Origin: an uncultured Gammaproteobacteria bacterium
GTDB lineage: Bacteria; Pseudomonadota; Gammaproteobacteria; JABCZS01
Reading direction: 5' to 3'
NCBI GenBank assembly: GCA_963848305.1
Contig: CAWKDC010000001.1
Span: forward strand, 640,001-704,000
Length of the DNA stretch: 64,000 nucleotides
The notes below the pieces were generated by a model. That model was not told the origin of the DNA, ran no database searches, and saw nothing but the letters and a program-made list of their open reading frames with translations. The translations under genes were made by a program, and so were the position numbers. Positions 30,662 through 40,620 of this stretch are shown here, piece after piece; position 1 is the first letter of the stretch; each line of letters starts with the position of its first letter.

Positions 30662-33091
30662 TCATTTGGGGTTGTTATGATGATGCCTTGAGCCAGAGCT
30701 CACTCTTGATGGTTTAGTCGGAGTGTTATTGGGTGCCGATGGCGGTGCCGAATGCATAAAATGAACACTCGAACCTGTTGATGATGAGGGCGTTTTCGGG
30801 AGAAATGCCCGTGGTGATTGCTTATCTTGTGTGACTTCAACCTTTCCTCTTGGTTTGAACAATGTGCGCAATGTCGTCAAAGATGTGAATAATTTGTTAA
30901 TGATCGTACCCAAGGTATTAAACCAGGTGCTTGAGGCAGCACCCTTACGAGAACTTTCTTGGATTGAGCCAAATTCAATCACATCATCATAACAACGCAT
31001 AGCCGCTGTTAATTTCTCAGTACGGGTATATCCCCAATTTAACCAGCCGTAAAATTCCCGTTTATCGTTAAAGCGTTTGATACAATAACGTTGCAATTCA
31101 TCAAAGTTTTGCGCAATCGCCTGAGTGAATATCACACCATGAAAAGGTTGAAATGCACGACGCAGATCCTGCTTAAGAACAAAAATATTTTGAATATCCA
31201 GCTCATGCTGATCTTGTCTGTCTAATTTTAAAATCAATAAAGAACAGTCGGTCAAGCATTTATTGAATGCAATCAATCTTTTTCGAAAGTCAGCCTTACT
31301 CTCATTCGGCAATTGCACTGATTGCATCGGCCATAATGATTGACAAGATGCAATCATGGCCCTGACCTGCAGTAACGTTGGACTGCTATCAGGTTGCCAT
31401 GCTAGTGTGATTCTTTCGGATAAGGCCCGATATTCCTGATCGTAACTCAACACTGCTTTATTATTGCCTGTTGATTGGGCATACTGGCCCACATTCTTTT
31501 TTAACGCGAGGATTCTGTTGATATGTTCTCTCGAATCAGAAACGTTGACTATCTGAACAGCCGATTGCTGTAACAGCCTACTAAAAGAAAGCATACGCCC
31601 TGCCTGTTCGTCTTCGTTTTCTAGCGTACCATTTGGCTTGATCCATCTTTCTTGGATCGCAGGCCATAATAGCTCAAGGGCTGTGATGAGGGCTGCTTGT
31701 TGGTCAAGCGTACTGATATTGGAAACCTGATCCACCAATCCCCGCATCAATGTTGCTAAAATGATCTGATATTCATTTTTATCTTCACTGTCTACCGTTG
31801 CATTCGTTTTCATGGCAGCGAGACTATCAAGGTAACCATGTCTTTCTGAGATTTTTGAATTATATACGTCTATCTTTCCCAACATTACATCGAATGTATT
31901 TTGTTTGATTTTTGGAAAGAGCGTTTTCAAGTCATTTAAAAGCACTAACCTTGCAGCCATTCTTATCTTTATTTCTTCTTTATCGGAAATCGTTACTCTG
32001 GGAAATGCTGCAACAGCATTAGTCAATGCACCATCAAGCATCGAAGGCTCGCTTTCAATCTGATTTTTCTCTACCATGTTGTCATAATACTTTAGTGCAT
32101 CCACCAAATTTTCATCTCGCGCTTTAGCCAGCGCTGCCGTTCTCCCAAAGTTACTGCTCACATCTGAATTGCATGTGTCTCGATAATAATTTTTGAGCAA
32201 TTCAAACGTAATAGCAGAACCCACCTTCGGATAACCCATCTGTTTATAAATCTCTTCTTTGATGTCCAATATTGTTTTCAGCGGTAAAAACCGGACTTCA
32301 TTTTCATTTTTAGAACGCGCCGCCATATGTTGACAATAAGCTGCTGTCAACTGCGTTACCTCTTTTGTCAAAAACGCATTCAAGCCGATCAAGCGTGCTT
32401 TTTTGACGGCAGGAGTTTCATCAGGGGGTGCTGATTGCTCTAGATCCCACAGCTTGTTATAAAGTGCTTCATCTTTTTGATCTGGAAATAAGGCACACAT
32501 GGTGCGTAAAAATGATGAATCTTGTTGAGTACTCTCCATTTGCCACAGTGCATTGTAAACACTGTGTTTGATTAAGACGAATGTTTTATGCGTTTTAATG
32601 TTAGAAAATTGAGCCGCATCATCTAATACAGCATTGAAATCGAGTAAGCGTTGACGGTAATCAAGAGGAGTTTCATTGGGTCGTTGAGCATTTACTTCTT
32701 TCCAAAGTTTAAGATATAAACGACATTTAGTGTCATAAAGTTCTTGGTTACTTGAATCTTCATTTAATAGGCTGGTCAATTCATCATTGATATCCAGCAA
32801 AAATGCGATGAATAAATCTTGATCCGCTTCATTACGCTCTGTCGATTCTGAGCTCCAAAACCATGCTTGGTCAGTCTTTTTTGCATTGACCACATACTCA
32901 TGTTTTAAAAAAGCATCTGAAATATGGCCCTTCCAGGTTGTATCATCCTCGTCGAGCTCCTCAAAGCCTGGAAAAATATTTTGAAGCGCTTGCCGTCTGG
33001 CTGCTATTTCCGCCTTTCTCTCTTTCAAACCCTTCGCCATACCAACCCCCTGGGCAAGCTTTGTAACTTCCAAAGCTCTTGTTAACATCAT
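30662..33091 (-). CDS. Large alpha-helical hypothetical protein, effector-like
   Basis: 809-aa ORF, no recognisable family, internal imperfect repeats, S/P/T-rich tail. Confidence 0.75.
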   Translation of the reverse strand: MMLTRALEVTKLAQGVGMAKGLKERKAEIAARRQALQNIFPGFEELDEDDTTWKGHISDAFLKHEYVVNAKKTDQAWFWSSESTERNEADQDLFIAFLLDINDELTSLLNEDSSNQELYDTKCRLYLKLWKEVNAQRPNETPLDYRQRLLDFNAVLDDAAQFSNIKTHKTFVLIKHSVYNALWQMESTQQDSSFLRTMCALFPDQKDEALYNKLWDLEQSAPPDETPAVKKARLIGLNAFLTKEVTQLTAAYCQHMAARSKNENEVRFLPLKTILDIKEEIYKQMGYPKVGSAITFELLKNYYRDTCNSDVSSNFGRTAALAKARDENLVDALKYYDNMVEKNQIESEPSMLDGALTNAVAAFPRVTISDKEEIKIRMAARLVLLNDLKTLFPKIKQNTFDVMLGKIDVYNSKISERHGYLDSLAAMKTNATVDSEDKNEYQIILATLMRGLVDQVSNISTLDQQAALITALELLWPAIQERWIKPNGTLENEDEQAGRMLSFSRLLQQSAVQIVNVSDSREHINRILALKKNVGQYAQSTGNNKAVLSYDQEYRALSERITLAWQPDSSPTLLQVRAMIASCQSLWPMQSVQLPNESKADFRKRLIAFNKCLTDCSLLILKLDRQDQHELDIQNIFVLKQDLRRAFQPFHGVIFTQAIAQNFDELQRYCIKRFNDKREFYGWLNWGYTRTEKLTAAMRCYDDVIEFGSIQESSRKGAASSTWFNTLGTIINKLFTSLTTLRTLFKPRGKVEVTQDKQSPRAFLPKTPSSSTGSSVHFMHSAPPSAPNNTPTKPSRVSSGSRHHHNNPK

Positions 33092-33160
33092 AGCTCATTA
33101 TCGAAGAAGTGTACAAGCACCCCTTTTCAGCATCCTTTAAAATCATTATGATACTGAACT

Positions 33161-33943
33161 ATGAACAAGTATGAATCTGACAAACTCGCCAAACGTCTCC
33201 GCCGCCTGACCGGGCAGGCCATCGACGACTTTAACATGATTAATGCCGGTGATAAAGTCATGGTATGCCTGTCTGGAGGAAAGGATTCTTATACCTTATT
33301 GAACATCCTCCGATCGCTTAAGCCCCACGCCCCCATTGATTTTGATATCCATGTGGCCCATCTTGACCAAAAGCAGCCCGGCTATCCGGCCCATATCTTG
33401 CCCGACTACTTAGACAGTATTGGCTTGCCCTATACCATCATGGAAAGAGATACCTATAGCGTTGTTAAGCGACTGATTCCTGAAGGAAAAACCACCTGCA
33501 GCCTCTGTTCCCGCTTACGGCGTGGCAATCTGTATACCCTGGCTGAAGAAATTGGTGCGACCAAAATAGCATTGGGACATCATCGGGACGACATCATGGA
33601 GACTTTTTTCCTCAATTTATTTTTCGGCGGCACCCTGAAAGCCATGCCGCCAAAGCTCTTGAGCGACGATGGGAAGCATATCGTCATTCGTCCTCTGGCG
33701 TACTGTAAGGAAAAGGATATTGCCCGTTATGCAGAGATTCAGGCCTTTCCCATTATTCCATGCGATTTATGCGGCTCTCAGCCCAATCTTCAGCGCACTC
33801 AAATGAAGGAGATGATGAAGGGGTGGGAAAAGACACATCCCGGTCGTGTGGAAACCGTGTTTAATGCCTTGCAGCAAATTGCCCCTTCACAGCTCATGGA
33901 CAGAAACTTATTTGATTTCAATGCACTAAAAGATCTTAAATAG
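33161..33943 (+). CDS. ttcA: tRNA 2-thiocytidine(32) synthetase
   Basis: SGGKDS PP-loop, [23 protein letters not shown]. Confidence 0.96.
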   Translation: MNKYESDKLAKRLRRLTGQAIDDFNMINAGDKVMVCLSGGKDSYTLLNILRSLKPHAPIDFDIHVAHLDQKQPGYPAHILPDYLDSIGLPYTIMERDTYSVVKRLIPEGKTTCSLCSRLRRGNLYTLAEEIGATKIALGHHRDDIMETFFLNLFFGGTLKAMPPKLLSDDGKHIVIRPLAYCKEKDIARYAEIQAFPIIPCDLCGSQPNLQRTQMKEMMKGWEKTHPGRVETVFNALQQIAPSQLMDRNLFDFNALKDLK

Positions 33944-34021
33944 GACTGATTTCGTACTTTATATTTCTGTATCATCTATGATATGATGTTGCTTCTCTCC
34001 TGTTTCACAAAGAGGTTCATT

Positions 34022-34624
34022 ATGTCAGTACTTGTCGGCCGCAAAGCCCCCGATTTCACCGTCCCAGCCGTTCGTAACGGTCAACTGGTAGACAACTTTC
34101 ATTTTTACGATGCCATCAAAGGCAAATACGCCTTGGTTTTCTTTTATCCCCTTGACTTCACCTTCGTGTGCCCTTCAGAATTGATCGCGCTCGACAAACG
34201 CATGGATGCTTTCCGTGAACGTAACGTTGAAGTCGTTGCCGTGTCGATCGATTCACATTACACACATCATGCGTGAACCAACACAGCCATCAATGAAGGT
34301 GGGATCGGCAAAGTGTCTTACACCATTGCTGCTGACATGGCTCACAAAATCATGCAAGCATATGGCGTTGAACATCCTGATGCGAATGTGGCTTTCCGTG
34401 CTGCATTCATCATCGACAAAAACGGCAATGTCCGCTCACAAATCGTGAATGATTTGCCGATCGGCCGTAACATCGAAGAAATTTTACGTCTGTTTGATGC
34501 CGTACAATTTCATGCTGAACACGGTGAAGTCTGCCCCGCTGGTTGGAAGCAAGGTGACGAAGGCATGAAAGCCTCTCCTGAAGGCGTGAAAAAATATCTT
34601 GCCACAAACGAAGCAAATCTGTAA
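34022..34624 (+). CDS. ahpC: 2-Cys peroxiredoxin (AhpC/TSA) with an in-frame TGA at 34274-34276
   Basis: FYPLDFTFVCPSE and GEVCPAGW; both ORFs share one frame; the TGA occupies the conserved Trp of HxAW. Confidence 0.92.
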
Positions 34625-34677
34625 TATTGATTGCAGCGAACTGAAGGATCAGTGTGGTGCAAAATAGTATTCAACTA

Positions 34678-34709
34678 GAAAGCCCCGTTACTTAACGGGG
34701 TTTTTTTTG
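34678..34709 (+). terminator. Intrinsic terminator after ahpC
   Basis: GCCCCGTTA-CT-TAACGGGGT followed by a T-tract. Confidence 0.85.
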
Positions 34710-34761
34710 CTACTTGTTTAATGGTTCGAATGGATGTCGCTGTATTTGATATTAAGGAGTT

Positions 34762-36089
34762 ATGATGAAAAAATCTTTGGTTCTACTTTCTCTCGCCTCT
34801 CTTGCTTTCTCTCCCGCTGTCCTCGCCGCTACAACAAAAAGCACAGCATCAGAAATCGCGGCGCTTCAAAAGCGTGTCGCAGAACTTGAAAAAGAAGATT
34901 TGGGATCCACACGTGCATTGGGCATTGGCAATAAAGAAGTATTTGGTATTGGTTCTGATCAATACAATGAAGTGCTCTATATTAACGACTTTGGCGTGAA
35001 CACAGATCTGAATTTATTACATCAACGCCGCTTTGTGCATCAATATTTTGGTGGGTTTGAACATGCACCCCGTATCATGTTAAGCGGTAATGTCTCCGGC
35101 ACAATTGGCGCACACAGTGAACCACTGCATATCGATCTCGGTGAAGGCGAACAATACATGAAGGCGGAGGCTGAGGTGGATGTTGTCGGTTACGCAAACG
35201 AAGATTGGCTGGCGTATTTTGAACTCAATGCGAATGCATTCGGTGATGACACAGATCTTGGTATTCAGCAAGGGTTTGTCACTTACGGTAACTTGGAAAA
35301 AGTGCCAGTTTATCTCACGATGGGTTACCAATACTTGCCTTTCGGTTCGTTCACCACCGCATTCATCACCAACACTTTAGTGCGTGACATGGGGCGCATT
35401 CAGGCGCCAGGCGCTGTCTTCGGGTATGTGTTTACACAAGATCAATTTAACTTTAACACATCACTGTTCTGGTATGATGGTCGTACACAAATCACTGATG
35501 ATCATCAGCTGAATCAATACGGTGTGAACGCACAAATGCGTCAAGAAAAATATGGCCAAAGAAAGACATGTCCGTGACGCTGGGCGTCAGCGCCGTGAAT
35601 AACATGGCAAGCTCAAATGGTATCGCAGCATTTGCAACAGATGAAGAACTTGAGTTTTACGTTCCTGCGGTAGACATTCGATTTCAATTTGACAAAGGCG
35701 ATTTCACATTCCTGAGTGAATATTTGCAAGCCGCACGCTCCTTCAGCAAGGAAGATTTCACGCAGTATACAACTGGCCATCAACCTGGCGATGTAACACC
35801 TGAGTCTGCACACTTCGAGGCAGGATACAGCTTCCCTGTGTTATCGATGAATACACAATTATCCGTTGCGTATGACCAAACACACGATGGGCTGGCATTT
35901 GAATTGCCCCGTGAACAATATGGCGCTTCATACCAGTTGGCACCGTACACGAATACCTATATTACTTTTGAATACTTGCACAAAGTGGATTATGGAACAC
36001 GTTACATGGCGACCAACGACACTGGCACTGTTCATGGAACAGGGAACCAGGATAATGAGGTGATATTGCAGGTTAATGTGTATTTCTAA
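34762..36089 (+). CDS. LbtU/DUF3573-type outer-membrane porin, frameshifted at ~35557
   Basis: Signal peptide, short coiled coil, GFVTYGNL..P.Y...G..YLPFG.F, C-terminal VNVYF; one added C at GGCC joins the two ORFs. Confidence 0.72.
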
Positions 36090-36093
36090 ACAG

Positions 36094-36300
36094 GTTGGAT
36101 CCCGGATAAACGCTTCGCGTTTTCCGGGATGACGAGATCAGAAGGACAACTCGTCATTCCGGGCGCGCTTCTTTCTTCATTTCGTCATCCCGGGCGCGCG
36201 CAGCGCGAACCCGGGATCCAGTTGGATCCCGGATAAACGCTTCGCGTTTTCCGGGATGACGAGATCAAAGAAGCAGCACATTCCCGGGATGACGAGATCA
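36094..36300. repeat. Cluster of palindromic REP/BIME-like repeats
   Basis: 47-bp unit GTTGGATCCCGGATAAACGCTTCGCGTTTTCCGGGATGACGAGATCA at 36094 and 36221; inverted unit CGTCATCCCGG...CCGGGATCC at 36183; partial copies at ~36151 and ~36283. Confidence 0.88.
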
Positions 36301-38292
36301 AAGAAACAGATAACAACGAACATCAACACCACCCACTTCAATCACAGGGGGATATGAAACGCGGCATTTATCCATCGCAAAAGGACAGCGGGGATGATAA
36401 TGACAGCCCACCGGGGGATGGCTGGGGGAAGGTAATTCACCAGTGGGCACAATCGACGTATCCAATGTCTTACCCAACGCTGGGACGGCAGCCAATAAAG
36501 CTTGTGTGTAAGGATGTTTTGGATCTGTCATGATCGTTTCGACTGATCCCCGCTCAACAATTTTGCCTAAATACATCACCGCCATTTGATCGGCCATATA
36601 TCCGACCAATGCAATATTGTGTGTGATGAAAATGTAAGCCAGATCGCGCGTCTCTTGTAAATCTTTCAACAATCTCACAATCTGCGCTTGAACAGATACA
36701 TCCAACGCGCTGGTCGGTTCATCACAAATCACCAGCTTAGGTTCAACAGACAACGCGCGTGCAATTGCAATTCGTTGACGCTGGCCACCAGAAAATTCAT
36801 GAGGATATCGATCTAGCGTATCCTCGGGCAAACCAACTTGCAATAATAATTCTTGGAGTTTACGCGCACGCATACGCGGATCACGATACATGCCTTGCGC
36901 ATCCCACCCTTCTGACAAAATCGAACGGATCGCCATGCGGGGATTCAATGAGCCATAAGGATCTTGGAAGACAACTTGAATATAACGGCGTGCGGCTTGT
37001 AAAGCCTGTTGAGACATGTCATGCATATTTTCGCCATTGAATACCACATCACCTGAGGCATAGGGGCTTAAACGCAATAATGCATTCGCCAATGATGATT
37101 TACCACAACCAGATTCACCCACAATCGCCAAAGTTTGACCAGTAGAGAGTTGAAAGCTGATATCATCGACTGCTTTGATATATCCGACGGTGCGTTTTAA
37201 AAATCCTGATTGAATGGGATAATGCATCTTCAAGTGTTTCACATCTAACAGCAATTGTTTCTTTTTTAATTTCTGCTTGACAGATTCCAACGAGATCTTG
37301 ACTTCATGCGCGATGGGCGGATTGGGTGCACTATAAAGATGGCAACGAACATCCGAACCCTCAGCATCAAGCAATGCCGGCTCCACCGTGTCGCACAAAG
37401 ACCACTTGAATGGACAACGTGGCGCGAATCGACATCCTTGAATAGGCAATGTTAAATCAGGCGCTTGCCCGGCGATGGCGACGAGTGATTCATGTCGATT
37501 GGATAAGCTCGGCAACGAGGCCAATAGTTTTTGGCTATAGGGATGTTTTGGTTGTTTAAAAAAAGCGTCTCGTGAAGCCATTTCTACAATTTGCCCCGCA
37601 TACATGACCGCAACAGTATCAGCAATTTCAGAGACAACAGCAAAATCATGTGTGATCATCAAAATCGCCATAGAGCGGTTTTGTTTGAGTGATGCAATCA
37701 AACGCAATACTTGGGCTTGAATCGTGACATCAAGTGCGGTCGTGGGTTCATCAGCTATTAATACTTGTGGGTGCGTAGATAACGCCATAGCAATCATCAC
37801 CCGTTGTTTCATCCCACCAGATAATTGATGAGGATAATCATGCATTCGAATATTGGCCTCACCAATGCCCACAGCATCCAACAATTCTACAGTTTTTTTC
37901 AGACGTTCTTTTTGGGATAATGATGTATGCAACGCCAAACATTCCATGATTTGATCGCCCACTGTCATGACAGGATTCAATGATGTCATGGGTTCCTGAA
38001 AAATCATGGCAATTTTTTTGCCGCGGATTTTTTGTAACGCGATATCAGGTAAATCCAGCAAAGACTCGTCGCACAATGAAACACAACTGTCTTGACCATA
38101 TTCGGCATCTGTGATCAATTGCATGATGGCTTGTGCCGTGAGCGATTTGCCAGAACCAGATTCGCCTACCAAACAAAATATTTCACCCTCTTGAATGGAG
38201 AAATTTAAATCCTGCAGGGCGTGCAATGTTTTCTCTTGCCTGGGAATATTCACTGTCAATTGTGAAATGGTTAACACAGGGTTACTCATCAT
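36298..38292 (-). CDS. Fused oligopeptide ABC ATPase (OppD-OppF)
   Basis: Two Walker A motifs (GESGSGKS, GESGCGKS), two signatures, two C-terminal Cys motifs. Confidence 0.93.
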   Translation of the reverse strand: MMSNPVLTISQLTVNIPRQEKTLHALQDLNFSIQEGEIFCLVGESGSGKSLTAQAIMQLITDAEYGQDSCVSLCDESLLDLPDIALQKIRGKKIAMIFQEPMTSLNPVMTVGDQIMECLALHTSLSQKERLKKTVELLDAVGIGEANIRMHDYPHQLSGGMKQRVMIAMALSTHPQVLIADEPTTALDVTIQAQVLRLIASLKQNRSMAILMITHDFAVVSEIADTVAVMYAGQIVEMASRDAFFKQPKHPYSQKLLASLPSLSNRHESLVAIAGQAPDLTLPIQGCRFAPRCPFKWSLCDTVEPALLDAEGSDVRCHLYSAPNPPIAHEVKISLESVKQKLKKKQLLLDVKHLKMHYPIQSGFLKRTVGYIKAVDDISFQLSTGQTLAIVGESGCGKSSLANALLRLSPYASGDVVFNGENMHDMSQQALQAARRYIQVVFQDPYGSLNPRMAIRSILSEGWDAQGMYRDPRMRARKLQELLLQVGLPEDTLDRYPHEFSGGQRQRIAIARALSVEPKLVICDEPTSALDVSVQAQIVRLLKDLQETRDLAYIFITHNIALVGYMADQMAVMYLGKIVERGSVETIMTDPKHPYTQALLAAVPALGKTLDTSIVPTGELPSPSHPPVGCHYHPRCPFAMDKCRVSYPPVIEVGGVDVRCYLFL

Positions 38293-39646
38293 TCACCTGC
38301 CTGCCTCGGGGATCAAATGCTTTTTGTACCACATCCGCAAACAAATTGGCCGGTAAGACCAACACCAACATGAACACAAATGCACCCAACAAAGACCACC
38401 ACACAACAGGCTCTCTCGCCAACTCTTGGCGCGCAGCATTGATCATGTTGCCCCAGCTGTAAGTGGAAGGATCTACACCCACGCCGACATACGATAACAC
38501 AGCCTCTGCCAACACCAATCCAGAAAAATCAAGTGTGATGGTGATGAAAATGATATGCATCAGGTTTGGTAAAATATGTCGTTTTAGAATATTGAGTGGT
38601 TTTGTACCCAGTGCGATGGCCGCTTTCACATAATCTTGCTCACGTAATTTTAATGTTTCACCGCGAACCAATCGACACAAGGATGTCCAGCTGGTCACAC
38701 CTAAAATTGCACACAATGCCAGCAAACGTAAATCCGCGCGCATCTCACTCGTTGAAAAATAATGCGCATTATTTTCGATCAAAATTTCCAGCATCAACAC
38801 AGAAGCTGCGATCAGTAACACATTAGGGATAGCATTGAGCACTGTATAAACATATTGAATCACGTCATCAGCCCAGCCTCTGAAATATCCCGCCAACATC
38901 CCGAACAATAAAGCCAGCGGTAATAGCACCAGCGTCGTTAAGGTACCAATAAGCACGCCCGTGCGTATGCCTTTAACGCTTTGGTAAAATACATCCTCAC
39001 CGACTTTGTCTGTGCCTAAAATATGATAGCCTTTTGAAAGACTCCAAATCATTCCAATGACGACGCAGACAAGACCCAGGGTGATAATCAACGTTGGCCA
39101 TTGGAAAGTATATTTGGTGGAGTGTATGAACTTCTGTTTAGGAACAAATATCAGCAAAACGCAACATGCCATCAGCCACACAAGGCTCCCAGCAAAAGCG
39201 CCGATAGCCAAACGTTTGGCAATGTCCCAACGCATCTCGCGCTCGCCTGATACAATGCCGGATGATACGTAATTCAGTGGTGCTTTCACCATATTGACAA
39301 GGCCTTCTGGTGTATGTACGGGTGAAGGCAAATAAGCATGTGTGGCAAAAGGATAGGAATAACTGGTTTCCATTTGATGATTCAGGGGCGACATCGCCAT
39401 ATCCAACACCGATTCAATGCGATTTTCTGCATTGGCATTTTTGAAGTGAATGGAATCAAGCCCAGTGATAGTGATAAAAAACAATAACACCACACCGGTG
39501 CTAACAGCAATTTTGGATGTGCCTACATAGTACCATGCTGCCATGACATACTTTTGTTTTGGCAATACAAATGACAGGAGCAGCGTAGCCACCAAACCCC
39601 AAAAAATTAAATCTGACCAAAACCATGTCCAATGTTCCATCATCAA
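38282..39646 (-). CDS. Oligopeptide ABC permease (OppC-like)
   Basis: LGTDKVGED, EAA loop YVKAAIALG, RHILPN. Confidence 0.9.
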   Translation of the reverse strand: MMMEHWTWFWSDLIFWGLVATLLLSFVLPKQKYVMAAWYYVGTSKIAVSTGVVLLFFITITGLDSIHFKNANAENRIESVLDMAMSPLNHQMETSYSYPFATHAYLPSPVHTPEGLVNMVKAPLNYVSSGIVSGEREMRWDIAKRLAIGAFAGSLVWLMACCVLLIFVPKQKFIHSTKYTFQWPTLIITLGLVCVVIGMIWSLSKGYHILGTDKVGEDVFYQSVKGIRTGVLIGTLTTLVLLPLALLFGMLAGYFRGWADDVIQYVYTVLNAIPNVLLIAASVLMLEILIENNAHYFSTSEMRADLRLLALCAILGVTSWTSLCRLVRGETLKLREQDYVKAAIALGTKPLNILKRHILPNLMHIIFITITLDFSGLVLAEAVLSYVGVGVDPSTYSWGNMINAARQELAREPVVWWSLLGAFVFMLVLVLPANLFADVVQKAFDPRGRQVNDE

Positions 39647-40620
39647 CTTAACCTTACCCTGGGATCAACCCACATATATGAAATGTCTGTCAGGACTAAA
39701 CCCACGATGTATAAAAAAGACCCCAAATAAACCATGCTTCTAACGATAGCGAAATCTTGGCTACGGATGGCATCAATCATATAGCTGCCCAATCCTGGTA
39801 TGCCAAAAAAGGATTCGAGCAATAAGCTGCCTAAAAATAAACCTGGGATCAACACGACCACACCCGTGAGGATCGGGATCATCGCATTCTTGAGAACATG
39901 TTTGAATAAAATCGCCATGTCAGACAAACCCTTTGCTTTTGCAGTTCTCACATAATCTTTATGTACTTCTTCTAATAATAAACTCCGATACCATCGTGCA
40001 CCGGATCCAATGCCTGCAATCACGCTGATCAAGACGGGCAATAAAATAAATTTAATGGCAATGGGCCCTTCCTGAAAACCTGAAATCGGCACCCATTTTA
40101 ATATTTTTCCGATAAAATATTGGCCAGCAATAATAAAAAACAAACTAGAAATAGACAACATGAACACAGACAGCGTCACGCCCCATCGCTCTAAATAAGA
40201 ATGCCTGAAAAACACCAAAATCAATGCAATGGCAATATTCACGGACAACCCGAATATCAAACATGGAACGGCAACATAGAAGCTTGGCCACATACGCTCT
40301 TTGATATCTTGTGTGATATCACGTCCGGCATCAGACGGACCAAAATCAAACATGAATAATTTGATGGATTTTTCAAAAAATAAAGTTTGCGTCAACTTGT
40401 TAATACCCTTTTCTTGAGAATTCAGGAAAATCGGTTTGTCGTATCCATGCGTTTCGATCCACTGCTGAACAGCTTCAGGGGTTGTGTATTTATCACCCAG
40501 TTGAATCATGGCCATGTCTCTAGGAGAATTGACGACAAAAAACAGCACGAACGTCACGAAGTTCACCCCGATCAAAATGGGGATTGCATATAATATTCTT
40601 CGGAGGATATAAGCAATCAT
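39643..40620 (-). CDS. Oligopeptide ABC permease (OppB-like)
   Basis: YILRR, DYVRTAKAKGL, DPRVR. Confidence 0.92.
   Translation of the reverse strand: MIAYILRRILYAIPILIGVNFVTFVLFFVVNSPRDMAMIQLGDKYTTPEAVQQWIETHGYDKPIFLNSQEKGINKLTQTLFFEKSIKLFMFDFGPSDAGRDITQDIKERMWPSFYVAVPCLIFGLSVNIAIALILVFFRHSYLERWGVTLSVFMLSISSLFFIIAGQYFIGKILKWVPISGFQEGPIAIKFILLPVLISVIAGIGSGARWYRSLLLEEVHKDYVRTAKAKGLSDMAILFKHVLKNAMIPILTGVVVLIPGLFLGSLLLESFFGIPGLGSYMIDAIRSQDFAIVRSMVYLGSFLYIVGLVLTDISYMWVDPRVRLS

Noticed and set aside
34274-34276. Selenocysteine or genome-wide TGA=Trp recoding
   Set aside because: The position is a conserved Trp, not a Cys, and many genes here (waaC, rppH, dnaB, rubredoxin) end normally at TGA.
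36094-36300. Possible CRISPR array
   Set aside because: Units alternate in orientation, spacing is irregular, there are no unique equal-length spacers and no cas genes; it fits a REP/BIME cluster.
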